Below, in pieces: positions 18,944-27,445 of a stretch of DNA of 64,000 bases (position 1 is its first letter; each line of letters begins with the position of its first letter). The DNA comes from a virus. Location of the stretch: IMG/VR virus record IMGVR_UViG_3300035181_001974. The stretch is one strand, 5' to 3'. Below the pieces are notes generated by a model. That model saw only the letters and a list, made by a program, of their open reading frames with translations. It did no database searches and was not told where the DNA came from. The position numbers and the translations under genes are program-made.

Positions 18944-19195
18944 GATGACGAGTACGAGAGTGAGGCGTTGTCAATCCTGGCGCGCTTCAACGAGGCGGGT
19001 TTTCAACTCGCAGATGCCGAGGAAGCAACGCCCATTGCGGTTCAAATGGTCTCCGACGTCTTTCAGTTTTGGTTCGACGAAATGTCTCGCGGAAGCGCCG
19101 GCATTGATTGGGAGCCCGTGTCAAGACGCTTGTTGATTGCGTATCTCGAAAGCTACCCGCGTAAAGGCAGTGTAGAGCACGTGACGATTGGATAG
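18854..19195 (+). CDS. hypothetical protein
   Basis: 113-aa ORF partially overlapping the minus-strand gene; uncertain. Confidence 0.25.
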   Translation: MDKAKSKAELLIEMATILYEVDPMGLHSPHDDEYESEALSILARFNEAGFQLADAEEATPIAVQMVSDVFQFWFDEMSRGSAGIDWEPVSRRLLIAYLESYPRKGSVEHVTIG

Positions 19196-19204
19196 AATGG
19201 ACGC

Positions 19205-20227
19205 ATGAAGACTGTCCTCGTCACGGGAGCCGCTGGTTTTCTGGGTTCGCACTTGATGCTACATCACTTGAGGGCGGGTGACAAGGTCCTCGGCCTCGAC
19301 AATTTCTGTTCGTCGAAGCCGGAGTCGATTCAGGTCGATGAGATCAAGAAGTTTCCGCTGGCGACGTTGATGTACTGCGATATCGCTGACGTCCATGGAG
19401 ACAGTCGCTTTAGTCGCGTGATTCACGATTACGACACCGGGTCGATGCACTCGGTACGCTTCGACATCATCTACAACTTCGCCTGCCCAGCATCGCCGCC
19501 CATCTACCAGCGCATGCCCGTGGAGACCATGATGACCTGTACGCTAGGCGTCCAGAACGTCCTGGAACTGGCGGCATCGCATGGATCGATCGTGGTCCAC
19601 GCTTCGACTTCTGAGGTCTATGGTGATCCCGAGAGTTCGCCGCAGGTCGAGTCATACCGAGGTCGCGTCAACTCCTACGGGCCCAGAGCCTGTTACGACG
19701 AGGGAAAACGTGCGGCAGAGGCCCTGTGCTATGACTACCTACATACCCACGGTGTCGACGCTCGCATGGTCCGGATCTTCAACACCTACGGTCCGCACAT
19801 GGACCCATACGATGGCCGGGTCGTCAGCAATTTCATCGTCCAGGCCTTGAAGGGCGAGAAGTTGACGATCTACGGTGACGGTCAACAGACACGTAGCTTT
19901 TGTTACGTGGACGACCTGATCAAAGGCATTGTGACCTTGGGCGATCTGGGCAACAACCCGCGGATGCCCATCAACCTCGGCAACCCGCACGAGTTCACGA
20001 TGAATCAGTTGGCGAAGGAGGTCATTCACCAAATCTACGGTGGGCGCGAGGCACCTCACCGCGATGTGGCCCGTTGGTTTGACTACAAACCGCTGCCTGT
20101 CGATGACCCGACGCAGCGTCGGCCCGACATCACCCAAGCCCAGAATCGTCTAGGGTGGGAGCCCAAGGTGCAGCTCGCAGAAGGCCTCAAACGTTCCATC
20201 GATTACTTCCGGAAGGTCATCGCCTAG
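19205..20227 (+). CDS. uxs: UDP-glucuronate decarboxylase (UDP-xylose synthase, UXS)
   Basis: Rossmann VLVTGAAGFLGSHL; UXS-diagnostic blocks ASTSEVYGDPE, GPRACYDEGKR, RIFNTYGP, DGRVVSNFIVQALKGEKLTIYGDGQQTRSFCYVDDL, INLGNPHEFT, RRPDITQAQNRLGWEP, YFRK. Confidence 0.85.
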   Translation: MKTVLVTGAAGFLGSHLMLHHLRAGDKVLGLDNFCSSKPESIQVDEIKKFPLATLMYCDIADVHGDSRFSRVIHDYDTGSMHSVRFDIIYNFACPASPPIYQRMPVETMMTCTLGVQNVLELAASHGSIVVHASTSEVYGDPESSPQVESYRGRVNSYGPRACYDEGKRAAEALCYDYLHTHGVDARMVRIFNTYGPHMDPYDGRVVSNFIVQALKGEKLTIYGDGQQTRSFCYVDDLIKGIVTLGDLGNNPRMPINLGNPHEFTMNQLAKEVIHQIYGGREAPHRDVARWFDYKPLPVDDPTQRRPDITQAQNRLGWEPKVQLAEGLKRSIDYFRKVIA

Positions 20228-20301
20228 ATGTAAAACTGATCGCTTCCGGTTTACCATGACGACATGGTTCTTGCAGACATTGCTGCCGAGGTTGCCGCTG
20301 G

Positions 20302-20622
20302 TTGCATCGTTGTTTCATAGCTCGTCACCCAGCTGAAGCCCACCTGGAACAAGCTGCCCAAGTGGCTCCGCGTGCTGATACCCATTGGTATGGCCACGTT
20401 GCCGCAGATCGCCGACATGGCCGGCTTGGTACACACCAGATTTTCGTTCACGATGAAAGCGTGTACTACGAAATTAAGGGAAGGTGGTCTGACAAGGCGT
20501 GCTATCAGCTTGCACTGATGCGAATCAAGTTTCCTGAAGTGACTATCGTGGTCATTGACGGTGTCCAGTACCGTCAATTGGGTCTACAGTACCGTGACAA
20601 GGTAAGGTGGGAAGGTAAATGA
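20302..20622 (+). CDS. small PD-(D/E)xK-like ORF upstream of dnaE (possible homing-endonuclease relic)
   Basis: IFVHDESVYYEIKGRWSDK...TIVVIDG resembles the nuclease cores of HEG at 22907 ([12 protein letters not shown]...VVVASG) and the relic at 29868 (VYVEVKGWWRDD). Confidence 0.35.
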   Translation: MHRCFIARHPAEAHLEQAAQVAPRADTHWYGHVAADRRHGRLGTHQIFVHDESVYYEIKGRWSDKACYQLALMRIKFPEVTIVVIDGVQYRQLGLQYRDKVRWEGK

Positions 20623-20676
20623 CGCAGCAAGGAAAGGAGGACGCCAAGGGAAGCTCGGTGCGAGTGCCCCGACGAT

Positions 20677-22362
20677 TTGTCGGTTTGCACAACCACACGG
20701 GCTTCTCGTAATGCGCCCTTCGATGGTTTGGGCTATCCCGATGAACACTTCAAGTGGTGCATGGAGAACGGGCTCGATGGCCATGCCATCACCGAGCACG
20801 GGAACATGAACTCCTATGCCCACGCTCAACTGTGGGTCGAGGAGTGGGCCAAGGCCAATAAGGGAAAGTCGTTCAAGTACATTCCCGGCGTCGAGGCGTA
20901 CTACCATCCCGACCTGGAGCAATGGAAGAAGGACGTCGAACTCGCAGAGCAGGCGAAGGGAGACAGGAGGGTTGCGGCCAAGCTTGCTAAGGAGCAGGAA
21001 AAGCTGCAGACCAAGATCATCGCCACCATCGATGAAAATGATGAGACTGAGGACATTGAGATGTCCAACGCCTTGACTGTCGAAAACGAGGAAGAGTCCA
21101 AATCGACCAAACACTTCAATCCCGTCAACCGACGGCATCACCTAGTCATTCTGCCCAAGAACCAGAAGGGCCTGTTGGCGATCTTCGCAGCATGTTCGAA
21201 GGGATTCTTGAAGGGCTTCTACAAGTTCCCGCGCATTGACCATGCTGTCCTCAAAGAGGCAGCCAAAGGCGGCGACATCATCGTCAGCAGCGCTTGTATC
21301 GGCGGCATGCCGGCGTACTCCATATTCCAGGAAATCCAACAGTACAAGTTTGACGAGCTCGACGCACGGTTGCTCAGTGACCCTGTGCTGCTCGAGAAAT
21401 GCGTTGTCGCGGTGGGCAATACCTACCAGCACATGGTCGATGCAGTCGGCGAAGGAAACTACTTCCTCGAGCTGCAGTTCAATCGCCTACCGGCGCAGAA
21501 CCTCGTCAACCGCGCGATCCTGGAGTTCGCTCGTCGCAATGGGCTCAACAAGCAGCTGATCGTCACCGGCGATGCTCACTACTATAATCCCGATCGTTGG
21601 AAGGACCGTGAGCTCTACAAGCGCCTGGGTTGGATGAACTACCAGGAGATCAATCCTGACGCGATTCCGAAGTCGAAGGATGAGCTGAAGTGTGAGCTCT
21701 ATCCGAAGAACGCCCAACAGATGTGGGATGAGTACCAGCGCTCCAAGGAAGGCACCGACTGGTATGACGATGAAGTCGTCTGTGACGCCATTGAGCGGAC
21801 TCACGATATCGCACACAGTGTCATCGGGGAGATTCCACCCGATCGTTCGCCCAAGTTTCCGACGAGGTTGTTGGTGCCCGAAGGCACGACCTCGTTCAAT
21901 CACCTCATCTCGCTTTGTAAGGTGGGCATGGTGAAGCGTGGTCTTCAAGACAAGCCAGAGTATATCGCGCGCCTCAAGGAGGAACTCGGCGTCATTAAGG
22001 TGATGAAAAACTCTGACTACTTCATTTCCTACCAGAAGATCATGGAGCTGGCACGCAATGTGTGCCTTACCGGCCCAGCCCGCGGTTGTTTCGTTCCTGA
22101 GACGCGGGTTCTAATGGCTGACGGCATGCATGCTCCCATTGGCACCATCAAGGTGGGCGACGTTATCAAGGATGCATATGGTGTTGATCAGATGGTGACT
22201 CAGATCTTCAGGTATCAGGTTGATGAGGAGCTGCTAGAACTCGAGTTTGATGACGGTAAGAAGATCAGGTGCACCAAGGAGCATAAGTTTCTGACGAAGA
22301 ATCGTGGGTGGATTGAAGCACAACACTTGACTGAAGATGATGACCTAATCGAGGTTGAATGA
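20677..22362 (+). CDS. dnaE: DnaE N-terminal extein (PHP + palm start) fused to N-intein 1; true start at 20618 in another frame (frameshift)
   Basis: frame A 20618..20710 encodes MTQQGKEDAKGSSVRVPRRFVGLHNHTGFS* (PHP motif), frame of ORF continues NAPFDGLGYPDEH...; N-intein 1 = 22087..22359 (CFVPETRVLMADG...LIEVE). Confidence 0.8.
   Translation: MSVCTTTRASRNAPFDGLGYPDEHFKWCMENGLDGHAITEHGNMNSYAHAQLWVEEWAKANKGKSFKYIPGVEAYYHPDLEQWKKDVELAEQAKGDRRVAAKLAKEQEKLQTKIIATIDENDETEDIEMSNALTVENEEESKSTKHFNPVNRRHHLVILPKNQKGLLAIFAACSKGFLKGFYKFPRIDHAVLKEAAKGGDIIVSSACIGGMPAYSIFQEIQQYKFDELDARLLSDPVLLEKCVVAVGNTYQHMVDAVGEGNYFLELQFNRLPAQNLVNRAILEFARRNGLNKQLIVTGDAHYYNPDRWKDRELYKRLGWMNYQEINPDAIPKSKDELKCELYPKNAQQMWDEYQRSKEGTDWYDDEVVCDAIERTHDIAHSVIGEIPPDRSPKFPTRLLVPEGTTSFNHLISLCKVGMVKRGLQDKPEYIARLKEELGVIKVMKNSDYFISYQKIMELARNVCLTGPARGCFVPETRVLMADGMHAPIGTIKVGDVIKDAYGVDQMVTQIFRYQVDEELLELEFDDGKKIRCTKEHKFLTKNRGWIEAQHLTEDDDLIEVE
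22087..22359 (+). other. N-intein 1 (91 aa), followed by stop
   Basis: C1 after GPARG; block A CFVPETRVLMADG..GTIKVGDVI; block B TKEHKFLT. Confidence 0.8.
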
Positions 22363-22446
22363 AACTCAACTAAGTTTACCTGATCCTCGTCAAATGTCTA
22401 TTAGACAGGGATCTCAAGGCTTACATGAAGAGAGCGAACGCATATC

Positions 22447-22944
22447 ATGAAGCTCAGAAGTAAGACTGTCGTACCGTATAAGGGTGAGGTCGTAGACCTG
22501 TGTGTGGAAAACAGCCACACTTACAACGTGGAAGGTATTGCAGTCCACAATTCGGGCGGTGGCTCTCTGGTCGCCTACGTCCTATACATCACCGACTTGG
22601 ACCCGTTGTTCTGGGACCTGCCTTTCGCGCGATTCCTTAGCGTTCACAGGTGTCTGTCGCCAGACACAAAGGTATTGATGTCAGATGGTTCGTCGTCCGC
22701 GCTTCGAGACGTGAAAGTCGGTGACAGCGTTGTCTCACAGGATGGCTCACACCGTAAAGTTACGTTCACCATGACCACAAAACATGAGAAGACGTACCGC
22801 GTGAAGGTGAATGGTACTACGTTCACGTGTTCTGAAAATCATGTGTGGTTGACAGTGGGTCCTGATGGACAACCTGTGAAGAAGTATACATCTGAGCTGT
22901 CGACGAGTGACGAGCTGTACACGTACCACTATGAGCATCATTGA
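22447..22944 (+). CDS. dnaE: C-intein 1 (22447..22551) + extein 2 (22552..22650) + N-intein 2 (22651..22941)
   Basis: [35 protein letters not shown]|[33 protein letters not shown]|[13 protein letters not shown]... Confidence 0.8.
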   Translation: MKLRSKTVVPYKGEVVDLCVENSHTYNVEGIAVHNSGGGSLVAYVLYITDLDPLFWDLPFARFLSVHRCLSPDTKVLMSDGSSSALRDVKVGDSVVSQDGSHRKVTFTMTTKHEKTYRVKVNGTTFTCSENHVWLTVGPDGQPVKKYTSELSTSDELYTYHYEHH

Positions 22945-23872
22945 GAAACAGTGTAAACACTGTGGTATTATGTTTCAGTTCAACTATGAGCCCAACTGCA
23001 AGGGTTCTGGTAGTAGGCTCCATCGCCCGTACTGCACTGATGAGTGTGCCGTCGCTCACAGGAAGCTGATGTCACACGCTCCCATGCCCTCGAGGCTTGT
23101 GAAGACGTGCGTCGAGTACGGCGATGAGTTCTACGTTCCAAAGTGTCACAACAACAGAAAACTATGTTCGAATGCGTGCAGGCACAAGTACACTGCGAAA
23201 GCGCTGACAAAGAATGAGCTCCGTACACTGACATGTGTACAGTGTCTAGGCACTTTCTCAACGAAGAACGTCAATCGCAGGTTCTGTTCACCCAAATGTT
23301 TCGCTGCATCGAGGTTTGACCGCCACACGTTGGTATGCGAAGTTTGTAGCGAACCGATCGTCACCAAGAAGAGCTACGTGCCGCGGTTCTGTTCCAAACG
23401 GTGCACCCGCGAGGCACAGTCACGTGATATGGTTGCTTCACATGTGAACGGACGCTCGTGTTTTCGTTCCGACATCCTAAACAGCCCGTACTTCAAGAGC
23501 TCGTTCGAAGCCGACTACTACAGATATTGCTTGCACCTCGGTAAGATGCCATTCTATGAACATAGGTCTTTCCATGTTGTCATCGATGGCAAAGAGAAGT
23601 GTTACACTCCAGACTTTTGGTTCAGTGATGAGGACCGATACGTGGAGTTGAAAGGTGTGCGAGAAGGCAAATCGCGTTTCTCAAAGTTGCTTAACTCAAA
23701 CGCACGTTCACGGGAAGTCGTTGTGGCGTCTGGTCAGCGCATCGACGTCGTGTACATGAATGACTTCTATGGTGAACTTCGTCGACAAGGTTTGTACCAT
23801 ACGATTGCCAATCTAGAGCACAGGGACTATGCAGGAACCCAACATCTCATCAGCAAGCACGGCCAAAATTGA
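22907..23872 (+). CDS. free-standing homing endonuclease (multi CxxC zinc-ribbon + PD-(D/E)xK core) between halves of intein 2
   Basis: six or more CxxC pairs; C-terminal [17 protein letters not shown] = PD..(D/E)xK motif; nested between N- and C-intein 2. Confidence 0.65.
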   Translation: MTSCTRTTMSIIEKQCKHCGIMFQFNYEPNCKGSGSRLHRPYCTDECAVAHRKLMSHAPMPSRLVKTCVEYGDEFYVPKCHNNRKLCSNACRHKYTAKALTKNELRTLTCVQCLGTFSTKNVNRRFCSPKCFAASRFDRHTLVCEVCSEPIVTKKSYVPRFCSKRCTREAQSRDMVASHVNGRSCFRSDILNSPYFKSSFEADYYRYCLHLGKMPFYEHRSFHVVIDGKEKCYTPDFWFSDEDRYVELKGVREGKSRFSKLLNSNARSREVVVASGQRIDVVYMNDFYGELRRQGLYHTIANLEHRDYAGTQHLISKHGQN

Positions 23873-24566
23873 AGCTATCGAGGTTGTCGATGAAAGTGTA
23901 GAACTCATCGACATCGAGGTCGAAGGCCAGCATACGTTTTGGGTGTCCAACAACGATAGCGATTGGGTGCTGACACATAACTCTGGTGCTCCTGATATCG
24001 ACTGCGTCCACGAGGACCATCTTGTCGTCATGACAGACGGCACTCATAAGCGAGCTGTTGACATCATTGTCGGCGACGTCGTCCTGGGAGGCGATGGAAT
24101 GCCACACGCAGTAACTGCGACCTATGCTAGAAATTTGCGGCCATTCGAGGACGCTGTCTGGGTCAGAGTTAGGGCCAATGATGGTACGTTGGGCCACATT
24201 TTGGTGGTGCCCGGTCACAAATTTGTCAGAGCTGACGGCGTCATCGTGTACTGCCGCGACCTTAAGGTCGGAGATGAATTGATGGCATCATGCGGCAGCG
24301 TTGAGGTCGTATCGATCGAGCACGGTGGTTGGGGCTCTTCCAACGCTAGATACGTCGACCTGACTGTTGAAGACGATCACAGATTCCACGTGGTACCGTT
24401 CAATACGTCCATTCTAAGTGGAGGTGATCCATCACATGACGTCGGTTATTGCATGGGCGTCATTCCTGGCACGTTCCTTGCGTGTGGCGAAGGAGACAAT
24501 TTTTGCAGCGATTGGTGCGCGTCTAAGAGAAGAACAGACCACAGCGAGCGCAACTATGAAATTTGA
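23829..24566 (+). CDS. dnaE: C-intein 2 (to 23981) + extein 3 SGAPDID (23982..24002) + N-part of intein 3 (24003..24563)
   Basis: ...VELIDIEVEGQHTFWVSNNDSDWVLTHN|SGAPDID|CVHEDHLVVMTDGTHKRAVDIIVGDVV...PGHKFV...RYVDLTVEDDHRFHVV then a non-extein-like tail. Confidence 0.7.
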   Translation: MQEPNISSASTAKIEAIEVVDESVELIDIEVEGQHTFWVSNNDSDWVLTHNSGAPDIDCVHEDHLVVMTDGTHKRAVDIIVGDVVLGGDGMPHAVTATYARNLRPFEDAVWVRVRANDGTLGHILVVPGHKFVRADGVIVYCRDLKVGDELMASCGSVEVVSIEHGGWGSSNARYVDLTVEDDHRFHVVPFNTSILSGGDPSHDVGYCMGVIPGTFLACGEGDNFCSDWCASKRRTDHSERNYEI

Positions 24567-24868
24567 GCTGGAGTTGGGACCGTGTCCGAGCAACGTTGAT
24601 GCGGTGCAGCTTACAGACAACGGCGATTCTGCCGAGCAGATGATGTGATAGTGTCTGGCCTGGAAAGAATAGCTCAGACGAGAGCTGCAGAAAATCCTGA
24701 ATTTCAAGATTGTCAGGTCAAACTGCGCGTTAAAGGGTTTGAGCACGATTTGGCCCCCATACTATGGGGCTACGTCGTGCGATGACGCCGACGCCGACGA
24801 GCGCACAATTGACGCCATCTTCTGGCTCAAAGAAAATGCGTCCTCAAAGTTTGACGATGACATTAGCG

Positions 24869-26602
24869 TCACGCTGTGACGTCTAAGACGTAGCGAGAGT
24901 TGCTACAGCCATAGATGCGATAAACGCCGGCAGCCTCCGCTACCTGTTTTTCTGTTAGACCTTGCTTCTTGTTGGCTCGGTACTTGAACCTGTCGTAACG
25001 ATGCATGAAGTCAGTCCACCAGAAGCGAGCGACTGTGGTACCGTTGAACTTCATGCCTGAGGTGGCATAACCGTTTCCTCCCAAGCGATTGTCTGAGTAA
25101 GACATCAACCTCGCTGCATTGTTTTCTCTTGCTATAGCTTTTGCCTTTGATAGCAATTTTGACACCCCGCCTCGTACATGTGTGCCAAGCTTGAAGCACA
25201 GGCGAGCGATCTCAATCGTCGTTCTGTCTGCCCCATTTCGTGCCCACCTAAGGCTGCAGGCGCCTACGATTTCGCCCGATGAGGTTACCAATCGCACGGC
25301 AAATTGGGCCCTCACGTGACCGTCGAGGTGGCACTGATTGATGAATTCTCGAACTTCTTCGGGCTCGCAGCGTTCTGCTTTCAACTTACGCGCATCGACT
25401 TTGGTAGAAAACCCAAGGCGATGGCGCAACATGCTTTCGATTATCGGTCGTTTGTCGCGCCACTCATCCTCAAATAACGTGAAAAGCGATACGCCGGCTT
25501 TGAGGGACAGCAATCTCTTCTTTTCCGCGTGATCGTGCTCAAATCTATTGGCGGCCTCGCTGTGCCAGTATAGGCCATTGCACTCGATGGCAAACATGCG
25601 CGATGGAATGAGTATGTCGAGCTCCATTCCGCCGAGCGTCTTACGATCGCTAAGGACTGCGTCAGGTGCCAGCGTCTGGATAAATGCGTAGACGTCCTGT
25701 TGCCACCTGCTCGTTTTGTCTGACCAAGGCGGAAAGCAGGTGGGACACTTGGCCTCGTTGTTGAACACTGCGCCAACGCAACGCTCAAATATTGTTGAAC
25801 ATATCGTGCATTCGATGCGCGCTTTGGTGACAGTATCGACATATTCGTCAATGAGTTTAAGCTGCTTTTCTTTGAGGCGTTTTTGTACCTCGTCGTGCGT
25901 CAGCAACTTTGCCTTGCGCATTTTTTCAAGCGTTACGTCGCTAAAGAATCGTCCTTTCAACGAAGCGCTGATCTTCTTACTGCGAGATTCAATGATGCTA
26001 GACGTATCCTTTGTCAGGCCAAGTGACCAGCCGCTGTGCGTTGCATAATACCTCCGCAGGCTGTCGCTGATTTTTGCCGCCTTTTGTTTAAGGCTTTCGT
26101 TGTTTTCCTTTGTCTTGTCGGAGTTGTGGTGACCGTGTTCCTTGTAGTGAGCTCGCATGTTTGCAGCACTGGCTGACATGCGTTCGTCATTGTCTTTCGT
26201 CAGGCCTTTGTTCCATGACGAGGTGCCCTTGGACGCGTATGCGTGTTTTCGGCTACAACGTGGACACCGTTCGGGGTATCCTTTTTCTTGATCGATGAAC
26301 CTGACCCAGTCGCAACAATCGATGCACGTCTTCCTGCACCCTGGGTACCTTGTTTCATACACAACGACGGGTGATTTTTGGTGCGTTTTTGTGCAGTGCA
26401 ATGTCAACTTACGCCCGCTGTCATATGACGCCTCACACCACGGACACGCGTAAGTTGACACCTGTTTGGGAGGCCTGGCGTCTTCTCGCCTGTGTCGTGC
26501 CTCGTGGATCTTCAATGCTCGTAGCGTTTCGTGGTTTCGACCACAACGAGCGCATGTAAATTCAACTGTAGTTGAGTTAGGATTCATGTGATGGTCGTTC
26601 AT
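24869..26602 (-). CDS. homing endonuclease: C2H2 zinc fingers + NUMOD3 + Vsr-like (DUF559/EDxHD-type) nuclease + C-terminal GNAT-like domain; inserted antisense inside intein 3
   Basis: FTCARCGRNHETLRALKIHEARH and YACPWCEASY..HCTKTH fingers; NUMOD3-like GHHNSDKTKENNESLKQKAAKIS; nuclease core ELDILIPSRMFAIECNGLYWHSE...D; C-terminal RGGVSKLL...RFWWTD shared with 27288..29087. Confidence 0.7.
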   Translation of the reverse strand: MNDHHMNPNSTTVEFTCARCGRNHETLRALKIHEARHRREDARPPKQVSTYACPWCEASYDSGRKLTLHCTKTHQKSPVVVYETRYPGCRKTCIDCCDWVRFIDQEKGYPERCPRCSRKHAYASKGTSSWNKGLTKDNDERMSASAANMRAHYKEHGHHNSDKTKENNESLKQKAAKISDSLRRYYATHSGWSLGLTKDTSSIIESRSKKISASLKGRFFSDVTLEKMRKAKLLTHDEVQKRLKEKQLKLIDEYVDTVTKARIECTICSTIFERCVGAVFNNEAKCPTCFPPWSDKTSRWQQDVYAFIQTLAPDAVLSDRKTLGGMELDILIPSRMFAIECNGLYWHSEAANRFEHDHAEKKRLLSLKAGVSLFTLFEDEWRDKRPIIESMLRHRLGFSTKVDARKLKAERCEPEEVREFINQCHLDGHVRAQFAVRLVTSSGEIVGACSLRWARNGADRTTIEIARLCFKLGTHVRGGVSKLLSKAKAIARENNAARLMSYSDNRLGGNGYATSGMKFNGTTVARFWWTDFMHRYDRFKYRANKKQGLTEKQVAEAAGVYRIYGCSNSRYVLDVTA

Positions 26603-27445
26603 TCATTTTTGGCGTCCAACAAGAGCGTCGTTGTTCACAACACCGATCTTGCCAGGCGAGATGAGGTTCTTGATGAACTTCGAAACTTTTTTGGGTGGGA
26701 AAACGTCGTTCCCATCAGCAATTATAACTGTTTCAAACTAAAAACGCTTGTAAAGGATATCGGCAAGTTCTACGGCATCCCATTCGAGGAGACCAACGCT
26801 GCCACGCGGACCGTCGAGGACGAGGTCCGTAAGGCGACGATGAAGGAAGGCGACGACAAGAATCTGTTCGTCTTGACCTACGATGAGGCCATGGCCTTCC
26901 ACTGCAGGGCTCCTAAGGGCCCGGAGTCGAAGTCCATCTGCCAGGGCTGTAGCCCAGAGTGTAAGCAGCCGGTCAGCCCGTCGTTTCGCGGCTTCATTGA
27001 GAAGTACCCGGTCGTCGCCGAGTCGATCAAGATCCTCTTCAAGCAGAATCGTAGTCTCGGTCGTCACGCGGGTGGTGTGCTGATTGCAGACGATTTGCCC
27101 AACAAGATGCCTTTGGTGACGTCCAAAGGCAAGGCCGGCGTCCGCGAGCCACAGTCACCTTGGGTCGAGGGCGTAAATTATAAACACCTTGAGAAGATCG
27201 GAGAGTTCATCAAGTACGACCTCCTAGGTCTAGAAACGATGCGGCTCATCGAGCGCGCCATCGAGCTCATCATCAAAAAGGAACGACATGAAAGAGGGTG
27301 GTTTGAGATCCAACTCGACGATGGAACGACACGAGGCGTCTACGGCGACCAACGAATCGTCACCAGCAACAGGGGCACCATCCTTGCGAGGGAGCTCGGG
27401 CCCGGCGATGACATCGTGTCCTTCGAGGTGCCCACAGTGCAATGA
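26588..27445 (+). CDS. dnaE: very short C-part of intein 3 (at most 22 codons, ..HSFLASNKSVVVHN) + extein 4 (DnaE palm/fingers segment)
   Basis: VVVHN|TDLARRDEVLDELRNFFGWENVVPISNY..KTLVKDIGKFYGIPFEE aligns to E. coli [48 protein letters not shown]; later RHAGGVLIA, KYDLLGLETMRLIERAIELI; in-frame stop 3 codons upstream of the first listed start. Confidence 0.75.
   Translation: MMVVHSFLASNKSVVVHNTDLARRDEVLDELRNFFGWENVVPISNYNCFKLKTLVKDIGKFYGIPFEETNAATRTVEDEVRKATMKEGDDKNLFVLTYDEAMAFHCRAPKGPESKSICQGCSPECKQPVSPSFRGFIEKYPVVAESIKILFKQNRSLGRHAGGVLIADDLPNKMPLVTSKGKAGVREPQSPWVEGVNYKHLEKIGEFIKYDLLGLETMRLIERAIELIIKKERHERGWFEIQLDDGTTRGVYGDQRIVTSNRGTILARELGPGDDIVSFEVPTVQ

Noticed and set aside
24003-24566. 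Reading intein 3 N-part as a complete cis mini-intein ending PFN|T
   Set aside because: The sequence after PFN|T (SILSGGDPSHD...) does not resemble DnaE, whereas the sequence after VVVHN|T at 26642 matches DnaE very well.
27288-27410. First ~40 codons of the endonuclease ORF as listed in the ORF track
   Set aside because: They overlap the DnaE extein piece in another frame; a start at ATG 27411 (MTSCPSRCPQC, first zinc-finger) is more plausible.
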